NCBI RefSeq assembly: GCF_004010195.1 | Contig: NC_057719.1 | Location: 11,284,507 to 11,348,506, forward strand | DNA length: 64,000 nt | Source: Chiloscyllium plagiosum | Lineage: Eukaryota | Direction: 5' to 3' | Shown: in pieces, positions 51,207 to 62,440 of the stretch | Numbering within the stretch: the stretch's first letter is position 1 | Layout of the letters: each line of letters starts with the position of its first letter | Notes under the pieces: model-generated | The model's database searches: none | What the model saw: only the letters and a program-made list of their open reading frames with translations | What the model was told of the DNA's origin: nothing | Translations under genes and position numbers: made by a program

Positions 51207-51535
51207 GATTAGATTAGACTCCCTATAATATGGAAACAGGCCATTTGGTCCAACAAGTCCACACTGACCCTCCGAAGAGTAACCCACCCAGACCATTCCC
51301 CCACCTTATATTTACCCTTACTAATGCACCTAACACTGTGGGCAATTTAGCATGGCCAATTCACCTAACCTGCACATCTTCGGACTGTGTGAGGAAACCA
51401 GAGCACCTGGAGTAAACCCACGCTGACACAAGGAGAATGTGCAAACTCCACACAAACGGTCCCCCGAGGCGGGAATTAAACCCGGGTCCCTGGTGCTGTG
51501 AGGCAGCAGTGCTAACCACTGAGCCACCATGCCGG
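51207..51535 (-). mobile_element. HE1 / V-SINE
   Basis: Minus-strand GGCATGGTGGCTCAGTGGTTAGCACTGCTGCCTCACAGC head, V-domain, TCTAA tail. Confidence 0.92.
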
Positions 51536-51869
51536 CCATGCGAATACAGGACTCTCACTAGCTTTCTCACCAAGACTGCCTTCCCTAGCATGAAATTAAA
51601 AATTTAATTTATATTCATTAGAGGTCTTGATTTTAAGCGCTCCGCCAGTAATGATCTCTTAAACTCCCTCCTTAATTCTCTCAACCTCCACTTCTTCTAT
51701 TAAGGCACTCCATAATCCCATCTCTTTGAACAAGCTATTGTCATCTGTCCAACATTTCTTTACGTAGCTGGATGTCAAATTTAGTAAGATAATGAGTTTG
51801 TGAAATTCCTTGGACGTATTACCATGTCAGTTTTCGTGTATTTTTATCATGTGTCCAGCTTTAGTTCAA

Positions 51870-52180
51870 CTAATACCACACTTGGCTCGGAACCACAAAG
51901 TTCTGGGTTCAAGTCTCGTTTCAGTACTTCACGCTAACGCCGAACTGCAGTTTTTCTCATGACGAATCAAACCAACTCCCATCTGCTTACTCGGTGGGGT
52001 ATAAAAGAAAACAGACACTACTTCAAACAAGAGCAGGGAAGTTGAGTTGCCTCTTGGCCATGTCTGTATCTCAACCAAAAACAAACATCTTGTTGCTCAT
52101 GGGGATTTGTTGAGTGCACAGTTACTGTGGACACTTCCTAAATAAAACTATCATGACCCACTTGGAAAGGTGCGCTGATT
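51870..52180 (+). mobile_element. Deu-domain SINE relic
   Basis: GGGTTCAAGTC B-box-like motif and AAGAGCAGGGAAGTT core. Confidence 0.55.
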
Positions 52181-52291
52181 CTTGAGTGTCAAGTGTCACA
52201 GAAGTAAACATATTTAATCAAACTACTCAAAGTCCACAATCTTCCAGTCTAGTGAATTTAGGTTAATAGAAAACACTAGACATTAATGCAG

Positions 52292-52403
52292 GATAAAAGC
52301 AAACTGACAAAGGGTCAGTTAGACTCGAAACGTCAGCTCTTTTCTCTCCTTACAGATGCTGCCAGACCTGCTGAGATTTTCCAGCATTTTCTCTTTTCGT
52401 TTC
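52292..52403 (+). mobile_element. 112-bp PLE-derived HHR-bearing insertion (family B, A8 variant)
   Basis: TGACAA-A-GGGTC-AGTTA-GACTC-GAAA-CGTC-AGCT. Perfect 14-bp TSD AGACATTAATGCAG at 52278-91 and 52404-17. Confidence 0.88.
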
Positions 52404-52729
52404 AGACATTAATGCAGCTTCTGCATTTATCAAGAAACTACTGGTTTATTAGAAATAAATCAATCCTAATCACAGATAAACAAATGATTGAAAGAGGTGC
52501 TCTTTTGTTTTTTGAGTCTTTGTGATCTCTAACTTTCATTCCAAGTCCACTCAGTTCTTTATTGAAGACGCATGGCAATTGTCACACCAATTATTCACTG
52601 CCTGAGTTAGAATCAGCAATTTACAAGCACATGGTGAGCAAAAATAGTAAGCTATCTTCTAATTCTTTGTGATGTCTCTGCAATGACAGGATGTTGTCTT
52701 TTTATAGAGCTTTATTACATTCTTCTTTT

Positions 52730-53444
52730 AAATAAAAGCAAATTACTACGGATGCTGGAATCTGAAATCAAAAGAGAAAATGCCGGAAAATCTCAGTAGA
52801 TCTGGCAGCATCTGTAAGGAGAGAAAAGAGCTGACGTTTCGTGTCTAACTGATCCTTTGTCAAAGCTAAAAAAAGGGAGAAAGAGGGAGGTATTTATACT
52901 AGGCTGAGAAAAGGTGAGTCATGGCTCCAGAAGCAAAGGTAGCAATAAAGAGGTGACAATGACAGTGCATAGAGAGATTATAGGGAAATTAGGAGCTGTG
53001 AATGACCAAGGCTGAAGCCAATGCTATGGGGCAAAAATATGTGGGGAATGGGTGAAGCAGAGGCAAAATGGAAAACAGGGGAGAAGAGCAGCAAAAGAGG
53101 AAGAGGAAAGGAAAAAGGTGATGAGAGAGTGGGGAGCGAGAGAAAGAGAGACAATCAAGAAATAAGAGGTACAGGACAGTGAAAAAAATATTTTAAAAAT
53201 GAAATAAAATTACGGAGCAGAATGAAAACAGAGGAGTCGAGATGGGATAATCATGTGAAGTTGTTGAATTCAATGTTGAGACCGGCAGGCTGTAACGTGC
53301 TTAGTCGGAAGATGAGATGCTGTTCCTCCAGTTTGCATTGAGCTTCACTGGAACATTGCAGCAGGCCAAGGACAGACATGTGGGCATGGGAGCAGGAGTG
53401 TGTGTTGAAGTGGCAAGCCACGGGAAGGTCCAGGACCTAATTGT
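52730..53444 (-). mobile_element. Penelope-like element 3' fragment (GIY-YIG C-terminus, pyrimidine-rich UTR, HHR terminus)
   Basis: Minus strand DLPVACHFNTHSCSHAHMSVLGLLQCSSEAQCKLEEQHLIFRLSTLQPAGLNIEFNNF. HHR at 52829-52867. Perfect 11-bp TSD ATTCTTCTTTT at 52719-29 and 53445-55. Confidence 0.9.
52829..52867 (-). ncRNA. Hammerhead motif with U3:A8 core variant (stem II decayed in this copy)
   Basis: Minus strand AGCT-TTGACAA-A-GGATC-AGTTA-GACAC-GAAA-CGTC-AGCT. Confidence 0.6.
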
Positions 53445-53504
53445 ATTCTTCTTTTGTTCAATTAACTTCGGTCTCTTCATTAAAAGTACATTCGAAGCCT
53501 CGAA

Positions 53505-53583
53505 AGTGCTCGAAACGTCCACTCTCCTGCTCTATGGATGTTGCCTGACCAGCTGTGCTTTTCTAGCACCACACTTTTCAACT
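53505..53583 (+). mobile_element. PLE family A tail fragment
   Basis: GCTCGAAACGTCCACTCTCCTGCTC..GGATGTTGCCTGACCAGCTGTGCTTTTC. Confidence 0.7.
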
Positions 53584-53584
53584 A

Positions 53585-54325
53585 GGTGTATAACAGCCTG
53601 GGTACAGCAACTGCTCTGCCCAGGACCAGAAGAAACTACAGAGGGTTGTGTGCACAGTCCTCACCATGATGGAAGCCAACCTTCCATCCATGGACTCCAT
53701 TTACACACCCTGTTCCTGTGGAAAGGCTGCCAACATCACTAAAGAGCCATCACACCTTGGCAATGCACTCCTATAACCTCTTTCATCAGGCAGAAGATAC
53801 AGAAGTTTGACCACTTGCACCAGCAGGTTCAAGAACAGCTTCTCGCTGGCCATTATTAAACTGATGAATGGACTCTCTAACTTTAAATAATGCTTACTTT
53901 GCTAATGCAAGGTTTGTGAAGGTTTGTAGCTCAGGTTGAGGTTTAGGGTGTAGGTTTGCTCGCTGAGCTGTAGGTTTGATATCCAGACGTTTCGTTATCT
54001 GGCTAGGTAACATAATATCTTATATAGATATCTTATATAGATATAAATAGAAAGCAGGAGACAACAGCTTCGCTTCACTTGGAGGTCGCCACTGATGATT
54101 TTACCTAGCCAGGTCATGAAACGTCTGGATGTCAAACCTACAGCTCAGCGAGCAAACCTACACCCTATTACTTTGCTAATGTTGATCTTGCCTTGCGCAT
54201 GCCTCTATCCAAGTTTTTTATTCATCCTATGATCTATATAGGAGCTTGATTACTATGATCTGTTTGTATTGTTTGTAAACAAAACTTTTCACGGTACTTA
54301 GGTACATAAAACAATAAATCAAACA
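53585..54325 (+). mobile_element. Rex1/Babar 3' fragment, split by a PLE
   Basis: GCITAWxSNCSAQDQKKLQRVVCT..GRRYRSLTTCTSRFKNSF, frameshifted; ACAATAAATCAAA tail. Confidence 0.85.
53908..54167. mobile_element. PLE-derived fold-back insertion (family D) with long-stem-II hammerhead
   Basis: Arms ~53946-54011 and ~54101-54167. CCA-CTGATGA-T-TTTACCT-AGCC-AGGTCAT-GAAA-CGTC-TGG at 54089-54128. Perfect 14-bp TSD TTACTTTGCTAATG at 53894-53907 and 54168-54181. Confidence 0.88.
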
Positions 54326-54671
54326 ACTGGGTGAGCGGAAAGCAGAATAATGATGCTAGAAATTTCAAATGGAAACAGAAAAGGCAGGCACAAGCTCAAC
54401 GCAGAAACAGAGGTTAGCCAATACTGAAATAGCCAAGTTAAAAGATCCACTTCCTTTCCAAAAGCATTGAGCCCAAATTCATTTTTTATTCACTTGCGGG
54501 ACATGGGCATCACTGGCTGGGCTGGCATTTATTGCCCATCCATTGTTGGCTTTGAGAAGGTGGTGGTGAGCTGCCTTCTTGAACTGTTGCAGTACACCAA
54601 CCTAACCCCACCTCCATCCCAGCCCACTCACCCAGTACCCGCTTAGAAACAGAGCTCATAAAACCTACACT

Positions 54672-55008
54672 GTCATAGTCATAGAGTCATATAGATGTAC
54701 AGCATGGAAACAGACCCTTCGGTCCAACCCATCCATGCCGACCAGACATCCCAACCCAATCTAGTCCCACCTGCCAGCACCCGGCCATATTCCTCCAAAC
54801 CCTTCCTATTCATATACCCATCCAAATGCCTCTTCAGTGTTGCAATTGTATCAGCCTCCACCACATCCTCTGGCAGCTCACTCCATACACGTATCACCTT
54901 CTGCGTGAAAAAGCTGTCCCTTAGGTCCCTTTAATATCTTTCCCCTCTCACCCTAAACCTATGCCCTCTAGTTTTGGACTCCCCAACCCCAGGGAAAAGA
55001 CTTTGTCT
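54672..55008 (-). mobile_element. Young CR1 3' fragment
   Basis: Reverse complement closely matches 19430-19765. Confidence 0.92.
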
Positions 55009-55234
55009 GTCCTTTGAAAGTTAATGAAAGGCTCATACATAAACAAACAAACACCAGAAGGACCAATGTCAGAAGCGAATAAATCTGTCAAAAAAATCAA
55101 ATTCACATACTTTATGAGAGCTGAATAAACAAAATTTACAAAAATAACTGGAATTTTTGAAGGTCGCCAAAAGCTCATGCATCTGTTAAAACTTACAAAT
55201 AGACAAAAAAAAAGACGGCATTGATTTGCAAAAA

Positions 55235-56010
55235 AATGCAATTAATAGCACAAACAGAGGTTACAGGGTATGATCTTATAGCCATTACAAAAACGTGGTT
55301 ACAAGGAGATCAAAATTGGGAACTGAACATTTAGGGGTACGTGAGTATTTGAAAGCACAGGCAGGGAGGAAAGGGTGGCAGAATGGCTTTGTTAGCACAG
55401 ACTGGATTGAGTAAGATAGCAAGAAACTATCTTGGACCAGATGATATAGAATCCTTATTGTTGGAGATAAGAAACAAAAAGAAGACGAGACACCAGTGGG
55501 ACTGCTCTACAGACAGCCAAATAGTAGGTATTCGGTAGGACAGGGAATAAATCAAGATATAATAAGGGCATGTGAAAATGCAGTATCAGCGTGACTTAAG
55601 CCTCCATGGGAAGGTGACGGCCTCGTGGCATTATCAATGGACTATTCATCCAGAGACCCAGTTAATTCCAGAGAACCTGGGTTAGAACCATACCACAACA
55701 GTTGGTGGAATTTGAATTCAATAAACATTTGGAATTAAGAATCTAACAATGATCATGAATCCATCGTTGATTGTCGGAAAAACTTGTCTGATTCACTGAT
55801 GTCCTTTAGGGAAGGAGAAACGGTTGTCTTTACCTGGTCTGGCCTACACTGACTCCACACCCACATGGTGACTCTTAACATCCCTCTGGACAATTAGGGA
55901 TGGGTAATTAATGCTGGCTTAGCTGGTGAGGCCCTCATCTCATGAATGAATGAAAAAAAAATTGTGAAAATTGAATTGGCAAAGATAGCCATGAGGAAGA
56001 ATTCCTGAGG
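55235..56010 (+). mobile_element. Old CR1 endonuclease fragment with nested SINE
   Basis: LIAQTEVTGYDLIAITKTWLQGDQNWELNI and LYRQPNS APE motifs. Confidence 0.7.
55610..55955 (+). mobile_element. Shark SINE family B
   Basis: tRNA-like head, GGTGGAATTTGAATTCAATAAA, TCCTTTAGGGAAGG, and a tail CAATTAGGGATGGGTAAT shared with the second LINE family. Confidence 0.75.
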
Positions 56011-56144
56011 ATGTCATTCATCCTGGAAAAAATTTGGATGCATATGGACCAGGAGCCGACAGGCAGGACTAGTTTAGTTTGGGATTATGTTTGGCATTTA
56101 CCATTTGGACCGAAGGGTCTGTTTCCATGCTGTATGACTCCAAA

Positions 56145-56357
56145 ATGAAGTTACAGGATTCATTGAGAGATGATGTCTGGAACCTGCAGAGATGGAGAAG
56201 GAAATGTACAAGCCTACAAACGGTCCATGTACCCAAGGCTTCACTTGCCCCACCAAGCCTGCAGATTGTACATTTGACTTATTGGCCATCTCAGAACCCA
56301 TTGTACTAGGGTGGAAGCAAGTCATCCTCAATCCGATGGGACTGCCTAAGAAGTGAT
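56145..56357 (+). mobile_element. RTE-clade LINE 3' end
   Basis: Decayed C2H2 knuckle (TCPT..IGHLRTH) followed by GGAAGCAAGTCATCCTC..GGGACTGCCTA tail. Confidence 0.6.
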
Positions 56358-58372
56358 CACATTTACACTGGTGTTCTCTGTGGGATGTTAATGTGAGCAA
56401 ATTAGCCACTTACATATTGTGACAATATTTAAAGAGATAATCATGGGCGTGAAGTACTTTGCAGTGTAGGCTTCCTAATTTTTTATGCAGCTTCCATTTA
56501 TACAATACAGAGGCGTTGGTGCTAAATTAAAAGCTGTGATTTGTGTATTTCCGATGGAAGGAAAAGGATGGGGAAAAGAAAGTGACGTCAAAGAGGGAGG
56601 AAAATTAAATAAAAAGACTTTTACCCCTCAAAGATGACATATACCTGACAAATCACCTTAACATGAAGGAAAGGTGCTGCTCAACTTTCTGCATTGTTAG
56701 CAGTGCCATCACCAGGTTGCTGCAGAAAGTGCAGCTCCTGCTGATCAACTGTATCAAGTTCACATTAACTTTGATTTTCTAGTGCTCTATTTGGCTTCAT
56801 CATAACAGTACAATCTATTAGTCAACTTAAAAGTTCCCAGTATGTACAAGATGTCTAATTTACTGGCAATCAAATACAAACTGTTTCTCAGCACGTCTGC
56901 AGTGCCACTACTGATTGTTCCACAACCTTAAGTAAAGCATTATTGTAAATCTCAGGAATGGAAACTATACTTAATTTCCTAAAAGAAATTAATAAAGCAG
57001 ACAAAATGACATGAGCTCTTGACTACTAGAAATGAGTTACAGGCTAAAATCTACTTGAAGTTTCAGATTAATTAGCACCTCATCCACAAATATTCCACTC
57101 CCTCCATCACAGGCGACCAGTAAGCTTAACATCTGTGGTGGGTAAGTTACTTGAGAATATTCTGAGGGATAAGATATACATGCAATTGGAAAAGACAGGG
57201 TTTGATTAGCGCATGGCTTTGTGAGTGGGAGATCATGTCTCACAAATTTGTTAGAGTTTTTTGATGAAGTGACTAAGAAGGTTGACGAAGGCAGGGCTGT
57301 AGACATAGTCTATGTAGATTTCAGTAAAGCCTTTCATAAGGTTCTACATGGTGAGCTGCTCTGGAAGGTTAGATGACATGGAATCTAAGGCGAGCTGGTA
57401 AATTGAGTACAAAGTTGGCTTGTTGGGAGGAAGCAGAGAGTAATAGTGGAATGTTGCTTGTCAGACTGGAAGCCTGTGACTAGCGGAGTGCCTCAGGGGG
57501 TTGGTGCTGGGCCCATTACTGTTTGCTATCTAAATCATTGATTTGGGTGAGAATGTACAAGGCATGATTAGCAAGTTTGCTGATGACACTAAAATTGGCG
57601 GTATCCTTGGCAGCGAGGAAAGTTATCAGAAATTGCAGCAGGATCTTGATCAGCTGGGGAAGTTGACCTAAAAATGGTAAATGGAGTTTAATGTAGATAA
57701 GTGTGAGGTCTTGCATTTTGGAAAGTCAAATCAGGTAGGAGTTTTATGGTGAATGGTAGGGCCTTAAGAAGTGTAGTGGAACAGAGGGATCTTGGAGTTC
57801 ATGGTTCTCTGAAAGTGGAGTCACAGGTAGACAGGGCAGTGAAGAAGGCTTTTGGCGTACTGGCCTTCATGAGTCAGGGCATTGAGTATAGAAGTTGGGA
57901 AGTTATGTTGCAGTTATACTGGACATTGGCGAGGCCACACTTGGAGTATTGTATTCAGTTTTGGTCACCTTGCTATCGGAAGGATGTTATTAAACTGCAG
58001 AATGCAGAAGAAATTTACAAGGATGTTGTCAGGACTCAATGGTCTGAGTTATAGGGAGAGGTTAGACAACCAGGACTTTTTTTCTTTAGAATATAGGAGA
58101 CTGAGAGGCATATAAGATCATGATAGGCATGGATAGGTTGAATGCACTCAGTCTTTTTCCCAGTGTTGAGGAATTGAGGACTAGAGGGCATCAGTTTAAG
58201 GTTAAAGGGGAAAGATTAAAACTGAACCTGAGGGGCAACCTTTTTTTAAACACAGAGGGTGGTATGCATATGGAATGAGCTGTCAGCGGAAGTGGTTGAG
58301 GCGGGTATATTAACAATATTTAAAAGGAACTTGGACAAATATATGGATAGGAAAGGATTAGAAAGATATGGG

Positions 58373-58541
58373 GAGAAAGTGAGGTCTGCAGATGCTGGAG
58401 ATCAGAGCTGAAAATGTGTTGCTGGAAAAGCGCAGCAGGTCAGGCAGCATCCTGAAGAAGGGCTTATGCCCGAAACGTCGATTCTCCTGTTTCCTGGATG
58501 CTGCCTGGCCTGCTGCGCTTTTCCAGCAACACATTTTCAGC
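58373..58541. mobile_element. Young PLE family A fold-back insertion with an intact HHR in the loop
   Basis: 46-bp arms 58407-58452 and 58496-58541 (1 mismatch). Perfect 15-bp TSD TTAGAAAGATATGGG at 58358-72 and 58542-56. Confidence 0.92.
58449..58482 (+). ncRNA. Minimal type-I hammerhead ribozyme motif, core intact
   Basis: ATC-CTGAAGA-A-GGGC-TTAT-GCCC-GAAA-CGTC-GAT. Stem I ATC/GAT; predicted cleavage after C58479. Confidence 0.78.
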
Positions 58542-58659
58542 TTAGAAAGATATGGGCCAAGTGCAGGGAAATGGGGTTCGCATGGATGGACATTTTGGTT
58601 GGCATGGACCAGTTAGGGCCAAAGGGCCTGTCTCCGTGCTGTAGGACTCTATGACAATG

Positions 58660-58875
58660 AAAACAGATAAATGGGAACACCACTACCTGCAAGCTCTCTT
58701 CCAAGTTACTCGCCATCCTGAGTTGGAAATACATTACCATTGCGTCACCGTCATTGGGTCAAAATCCTGAAATTCCCTCCCTAAGGGCACTGTGGCTCAA
58801 CCTATAACACATAGGACTGCAGCTGTTCAAGAAGACAGCTCACCACCACCTTCTCAATGGCAACTAAGAATGGTT
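58660..58875 (+). mobile_element. CR1-group LINE, second family, 3' end
   Basis: TTCAAGAAGACAGCTCACCACCACCTTCTCAA. Confidence 0.8.
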
Positions 58876-58879
58876 AAAT

Positions 58880-59053
58880 TAAACAAAGCATTGTGAATGC
58901 AGGAGATCCAAAACAAAAACAGAGATTGGTGGAGAACCTCCACAGGTCTGTCAGCATCTGTGGAGAGAAAGCAGAGTTAACATCTCGAGTCCGGTGACTC
59001 TTCATCAGGTCTCGATGAGTTTGCTGAATTTTGCCAGCAATTTCTGTTCTTGT
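58880..59053 (-). mobile_element. PLE family B unit with partial fold-back
   Basis: Minus strand CCTGATGAAGAGTCACCGGACTCGAGATGTTAACTCTG (HHR-like) plus family tail. Confidence 0.75.
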
Positions 59054-59958
59054 GTAAGTTTTTGGTAAATGTCTTCAGCACCCCCTTTAAGACCTTGACC
59101 TCTTTCCTAAAGTGCAGTGCCCAGATCTGAACAGAATCTTTCTGCTGAGGCTGGATTATGTCTTTTGCCCAGATAATTATCTCTTAAGAAATTCTCCACT
59201 ACACAACTTGAGGACGGCTGGCCTGATGTTGCTGGATTTATTTGATTCTTTCTTTTTAAAGATTTGCAATTCTCCAGCACTCTGGATCCAGCCTACATGA
59301 AAAGACAATTGGGAGATCGTGACATGAGCCTCCTCAATTTCCATCCTTAACTTCCTTGCTAACGTGGCATGCATCTAAACTGGACCAGGTGCCTTTTCTA
59401 CTTTGAGGAATGCCAACTTTTTAGGACTACCTCTTAATTTTATCCTGTCCAACTTTGCATAGCACCATTTTCTTTTCTAGCAAAGACAGATGCAAAGTAC
59501 ACATTTAGCAGCACTATGCCCTCTGCTTCCACAAGATGATCTCCATTTTATTCCCTAATCAGCTCTGTCCATCCTTCCTCTCAGTGTTCTTTTCTTATGA
59601 GCAGAAATTAGTCTGGAAAGAATGCACCTCAAAAGTATTGGACAGATTTCAATGAAACTTGATATCAGTAGGCTATGATACAAAGAAGAACTGTTTGCTT
59701 TTTCGCAAAGATTTGGATCAGGGTGCTGGAATCTTTTAATATTGGGAAATAGTCTGAATGGAGATTTCTAGAGTGCTGTGGGTTACTATGGAGTGTTGTG
59801 AATTGTCACAGTTGCTGTGATGGAATTTGTTGCAACTATCAAAACACTACGGTGGGAGAGTTCAAAGCTAGGGGGGATATTTTTAAGGCAACAGGGGAAA
59901 GGTTTAAGAAGGACATGAGGGAAAACCACAAAATGATGTATAGACAGGTTAAATGAAT

Positions 59959-60262
59959 GGGCTGCACGGTGGCACAGTGGTTAGCACGGCTGCCTCACAG
60001 CGCCAGGGATCCGGGTTCAATTCCCGCCTCAGGTGACTGTCTGTGTTGAGTTTGCACGTTCTCGCTCTGCATGGATTTCCTCTGGGTGCTCCGGTTTCCT
60101 CCCACAGTCCAAAAACGTGCAGGTTAGGTGAATTGGTCATGCTAAATTGCCCGTAGTGTTAGGTGCAGGGGTAAACATAGGGGAATGGGTCTGGGTGGGT
60201 TGCGCTTCGGCGGTCAGTGTGGACTTGTTGGGCTGAAGTTTCCACACTGTAAGTAAGTAATC
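59959..60262 (+). mobile_element. HE1 / V-SINE inserted in old CR1
   Basis: GGTGGCACAGTGGTTAGC A box, GGTTCAATTCC B box, V-domain. Confidence 0.9.
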
Positions 60263-60269
60263 TAAAAAA

Positions 60270-61010
60270 AAATGCAACAAACTGAGTATAATTTGAGAAA
60301 ATGTGAAGTTGTTCATTTTAGTGAGAAGAATAGAAAAGCATGTTATCCAGATGATGAGAAATTGATCAGTCTGATATGCAGAGTTATGGGAGTCCTCGTG
60401 CAGGAATTACAAGGGATAGTATACAGGTGGAGCAAATAATTCGGAAAGCTAATAGAATGTGATCATTCATCACAAGGAGAATTGAAAGCAAAAGTGGGGA
60501 GGTTACGTTTCAGTTATACAAAGACTGCATCTAACTGTGCACAGTATTGGGAAAATTCAGAGAAGGCTTACCAGATCTGAAATAGTGGAGGGGCTTGTCT
60601 TATGAGAAAAGGTTGACAGACTTGACTTGCATCCTCTGGAAGTTTAAAGAAGTAAGAGTGAATTGATGAAAATATATAAGATCTTGACAGGATAGATATG
60701 GAGCAAATGCTTCCTCATGAAGAACCAAAAAGTAGGGTCCGCTATTTAAAAATTAGGAGTCATCCACTTCAAACATAAATCAGCTGATTTTGTTTACCCC
60801 ACAGAGGGTCATGAATCTTTGGAGGTCTCTGAAAAGGTGGTGGAAGCAGTACTCTTGAATATTTTAAGATTGAAGTCGATAGATACTTGCGAAGCAAGAG
60901 ATAAGAGATCATCGGTGTTAGCAGGAATGCAGATCTGAGGTTACAATCAGATAATTTATGAGCAGATGTAGAAATCCTCCTCCTGCTCCCAACTGATATG
61001 TTTGTATTCC
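60270..61010 (+). mobile_element. Old CR1 3' relic
   Basis: KCEVVHFSEKNRK-like and SYEKRL-like motifs, heavily decayed. Confidence 0.7.
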
Positions 61011-61321
61011 TTCTACTTCATGGAAAGGTGTCAACTCTGTATCTGAAGCATCTACTCTTTGAAGCCCACCCTTTGTTCAGTTGCTGTTTTGCCCACTAAT
61101 TTTAGAATCCAATCCAGCTGAGTCAAATCCTTTCGATAATCACTGAAGTTAGCCCTTCTCTAGGGAAGCGTTTTTAAGTTGGATTGCTCCTTGCCCTTTT
61201 CAATGTCTTCTCTAAATCTAACAAAGTTATGATCACTATTTCCCAATTTATTCCACAAACCTGAACCGTTTGGCTCATTTCATTTTGAAAAACTAGATTT
61301 AGCACTGCTTTCTTGAAATAT

Positions 61322-61967
61322 TATTGCTCTGGACTAGGCCAAATCCCCTCAAAATATATCAAGGAAATAGCCCAGATCCTAACTATTTATTTTATTTAAA
61401 GACGAGTATAAAGACTTGAGTTCCAATTGGTCCACTACTGGGTTTTAAACAAAACAAAACTTTATTCTTACAACACAGTTAAAGCACAAACAAAACAGAA
61501 GAATTAGCATAACTTTAACTCAGTTGAAACACTTATTAGATATTACTTAAGTACTAATCACCAACTGCTTTAATATAGGAGCACCCCATAAACACACCTT
61601 GGCAAATTCAGCTCATGATTATGTTCATGTGCTGTTTTCTTTCCAGTTGAGGAGAAAGGAACACCGAAACAAACCATCTAGCCACACACAGAGAGAGAAA
61701 ACTCAAGCTTTTTGCTGCAGCAGAGAGACAGCTGCATCTATCAGCTTCAACAGTCAACTCCAAACACCAACTGAAAGCAAAACCAAAACTCTGGAACCGT
61801 GTGAACCTGTCTCCACCCATTCGTGCCTCGTTGATCTAATGTTTTAAAAAAACACCTAGGGAGCTCAAAGCTGTTTACCCATTGCTTCTGAAGTTGACAT
61901 TCCACCACAACTGTGGCAAGATAAACAGCACAGAACAAATCTCTCTTAACGGCAAAGTACCATCACA
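61322..61967. mobile_element. Solo LTR (same family as 45047-46104)
   Basis: Shared CCCCTCAAAATATAT, CACACCTTGGCAAA and AAAACCAAAACTCTGG blocks; ends CATCACA. Perfect 4-bp TSD ATAT at 61318-21 and 61968-71. Confidence 0.78.
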
Positions 61968-62067
61968 ATATACAAAACAAGACATTTCTCTTGTACATCT
62001 TTCAGGAATTTGTTCTCTGCATTGCCATTTACTATTCCAGTCTATATTAAAATAAATTTTGCTTAAC

Positions 62068-62440
62068 AGCTGCGGCTCAGTTGGTCACATCCTTGCATCA
62101 TCATCTGATTCAAGTCCCCGCTCAGGCTTAGCATAGAAATCAAGATTAAAGATCCAGCGCAATACTGAGGAATTACTGTCTTTTGGGTAAGACATTAAAT
62201 GGAGACCACATATGCCTAATTGGTTAGACTCAAAAAGATCCCATGGCATCATTTTGAAGGACAGAGGAGTTGTTTGTGGTGTTATGGTCAACATTCATCC
62301 CTCACTCAGCATCATAAAACAGATTATCTGCTCATTAGCACATTGTTCTTTGTGGGAATATGATGTGTTGAAATTGGCTGATGCATTTTCTACATTAATA
62401 AAGTGGATATACTTCAAAGGTTTTGCAATGGCTATAATAT
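62068..62440 (+). mobile_element. Deu-domain SINE
   Basis: CAGCTGCGGCTCAGTTGGT head, AAAAGATCCCATGGCA, AAACAGATTATCTG core. Confidence 0.75.

Larger units (their letters stand above)
57113..58655 (+). mobile_element. CR1 RT region and 3' end, decayed
   Basis: [54 protein letters not shown]. Confidence 0.92.

Noticed and set aside
59600..59770. Possible Crypton-like non-autonomous DNA element (GGACAGATTTCAATGAAACTTG..GATTTGGATC)
   Set aside because: Resemblance is from memory only; single copy with no definable ends.
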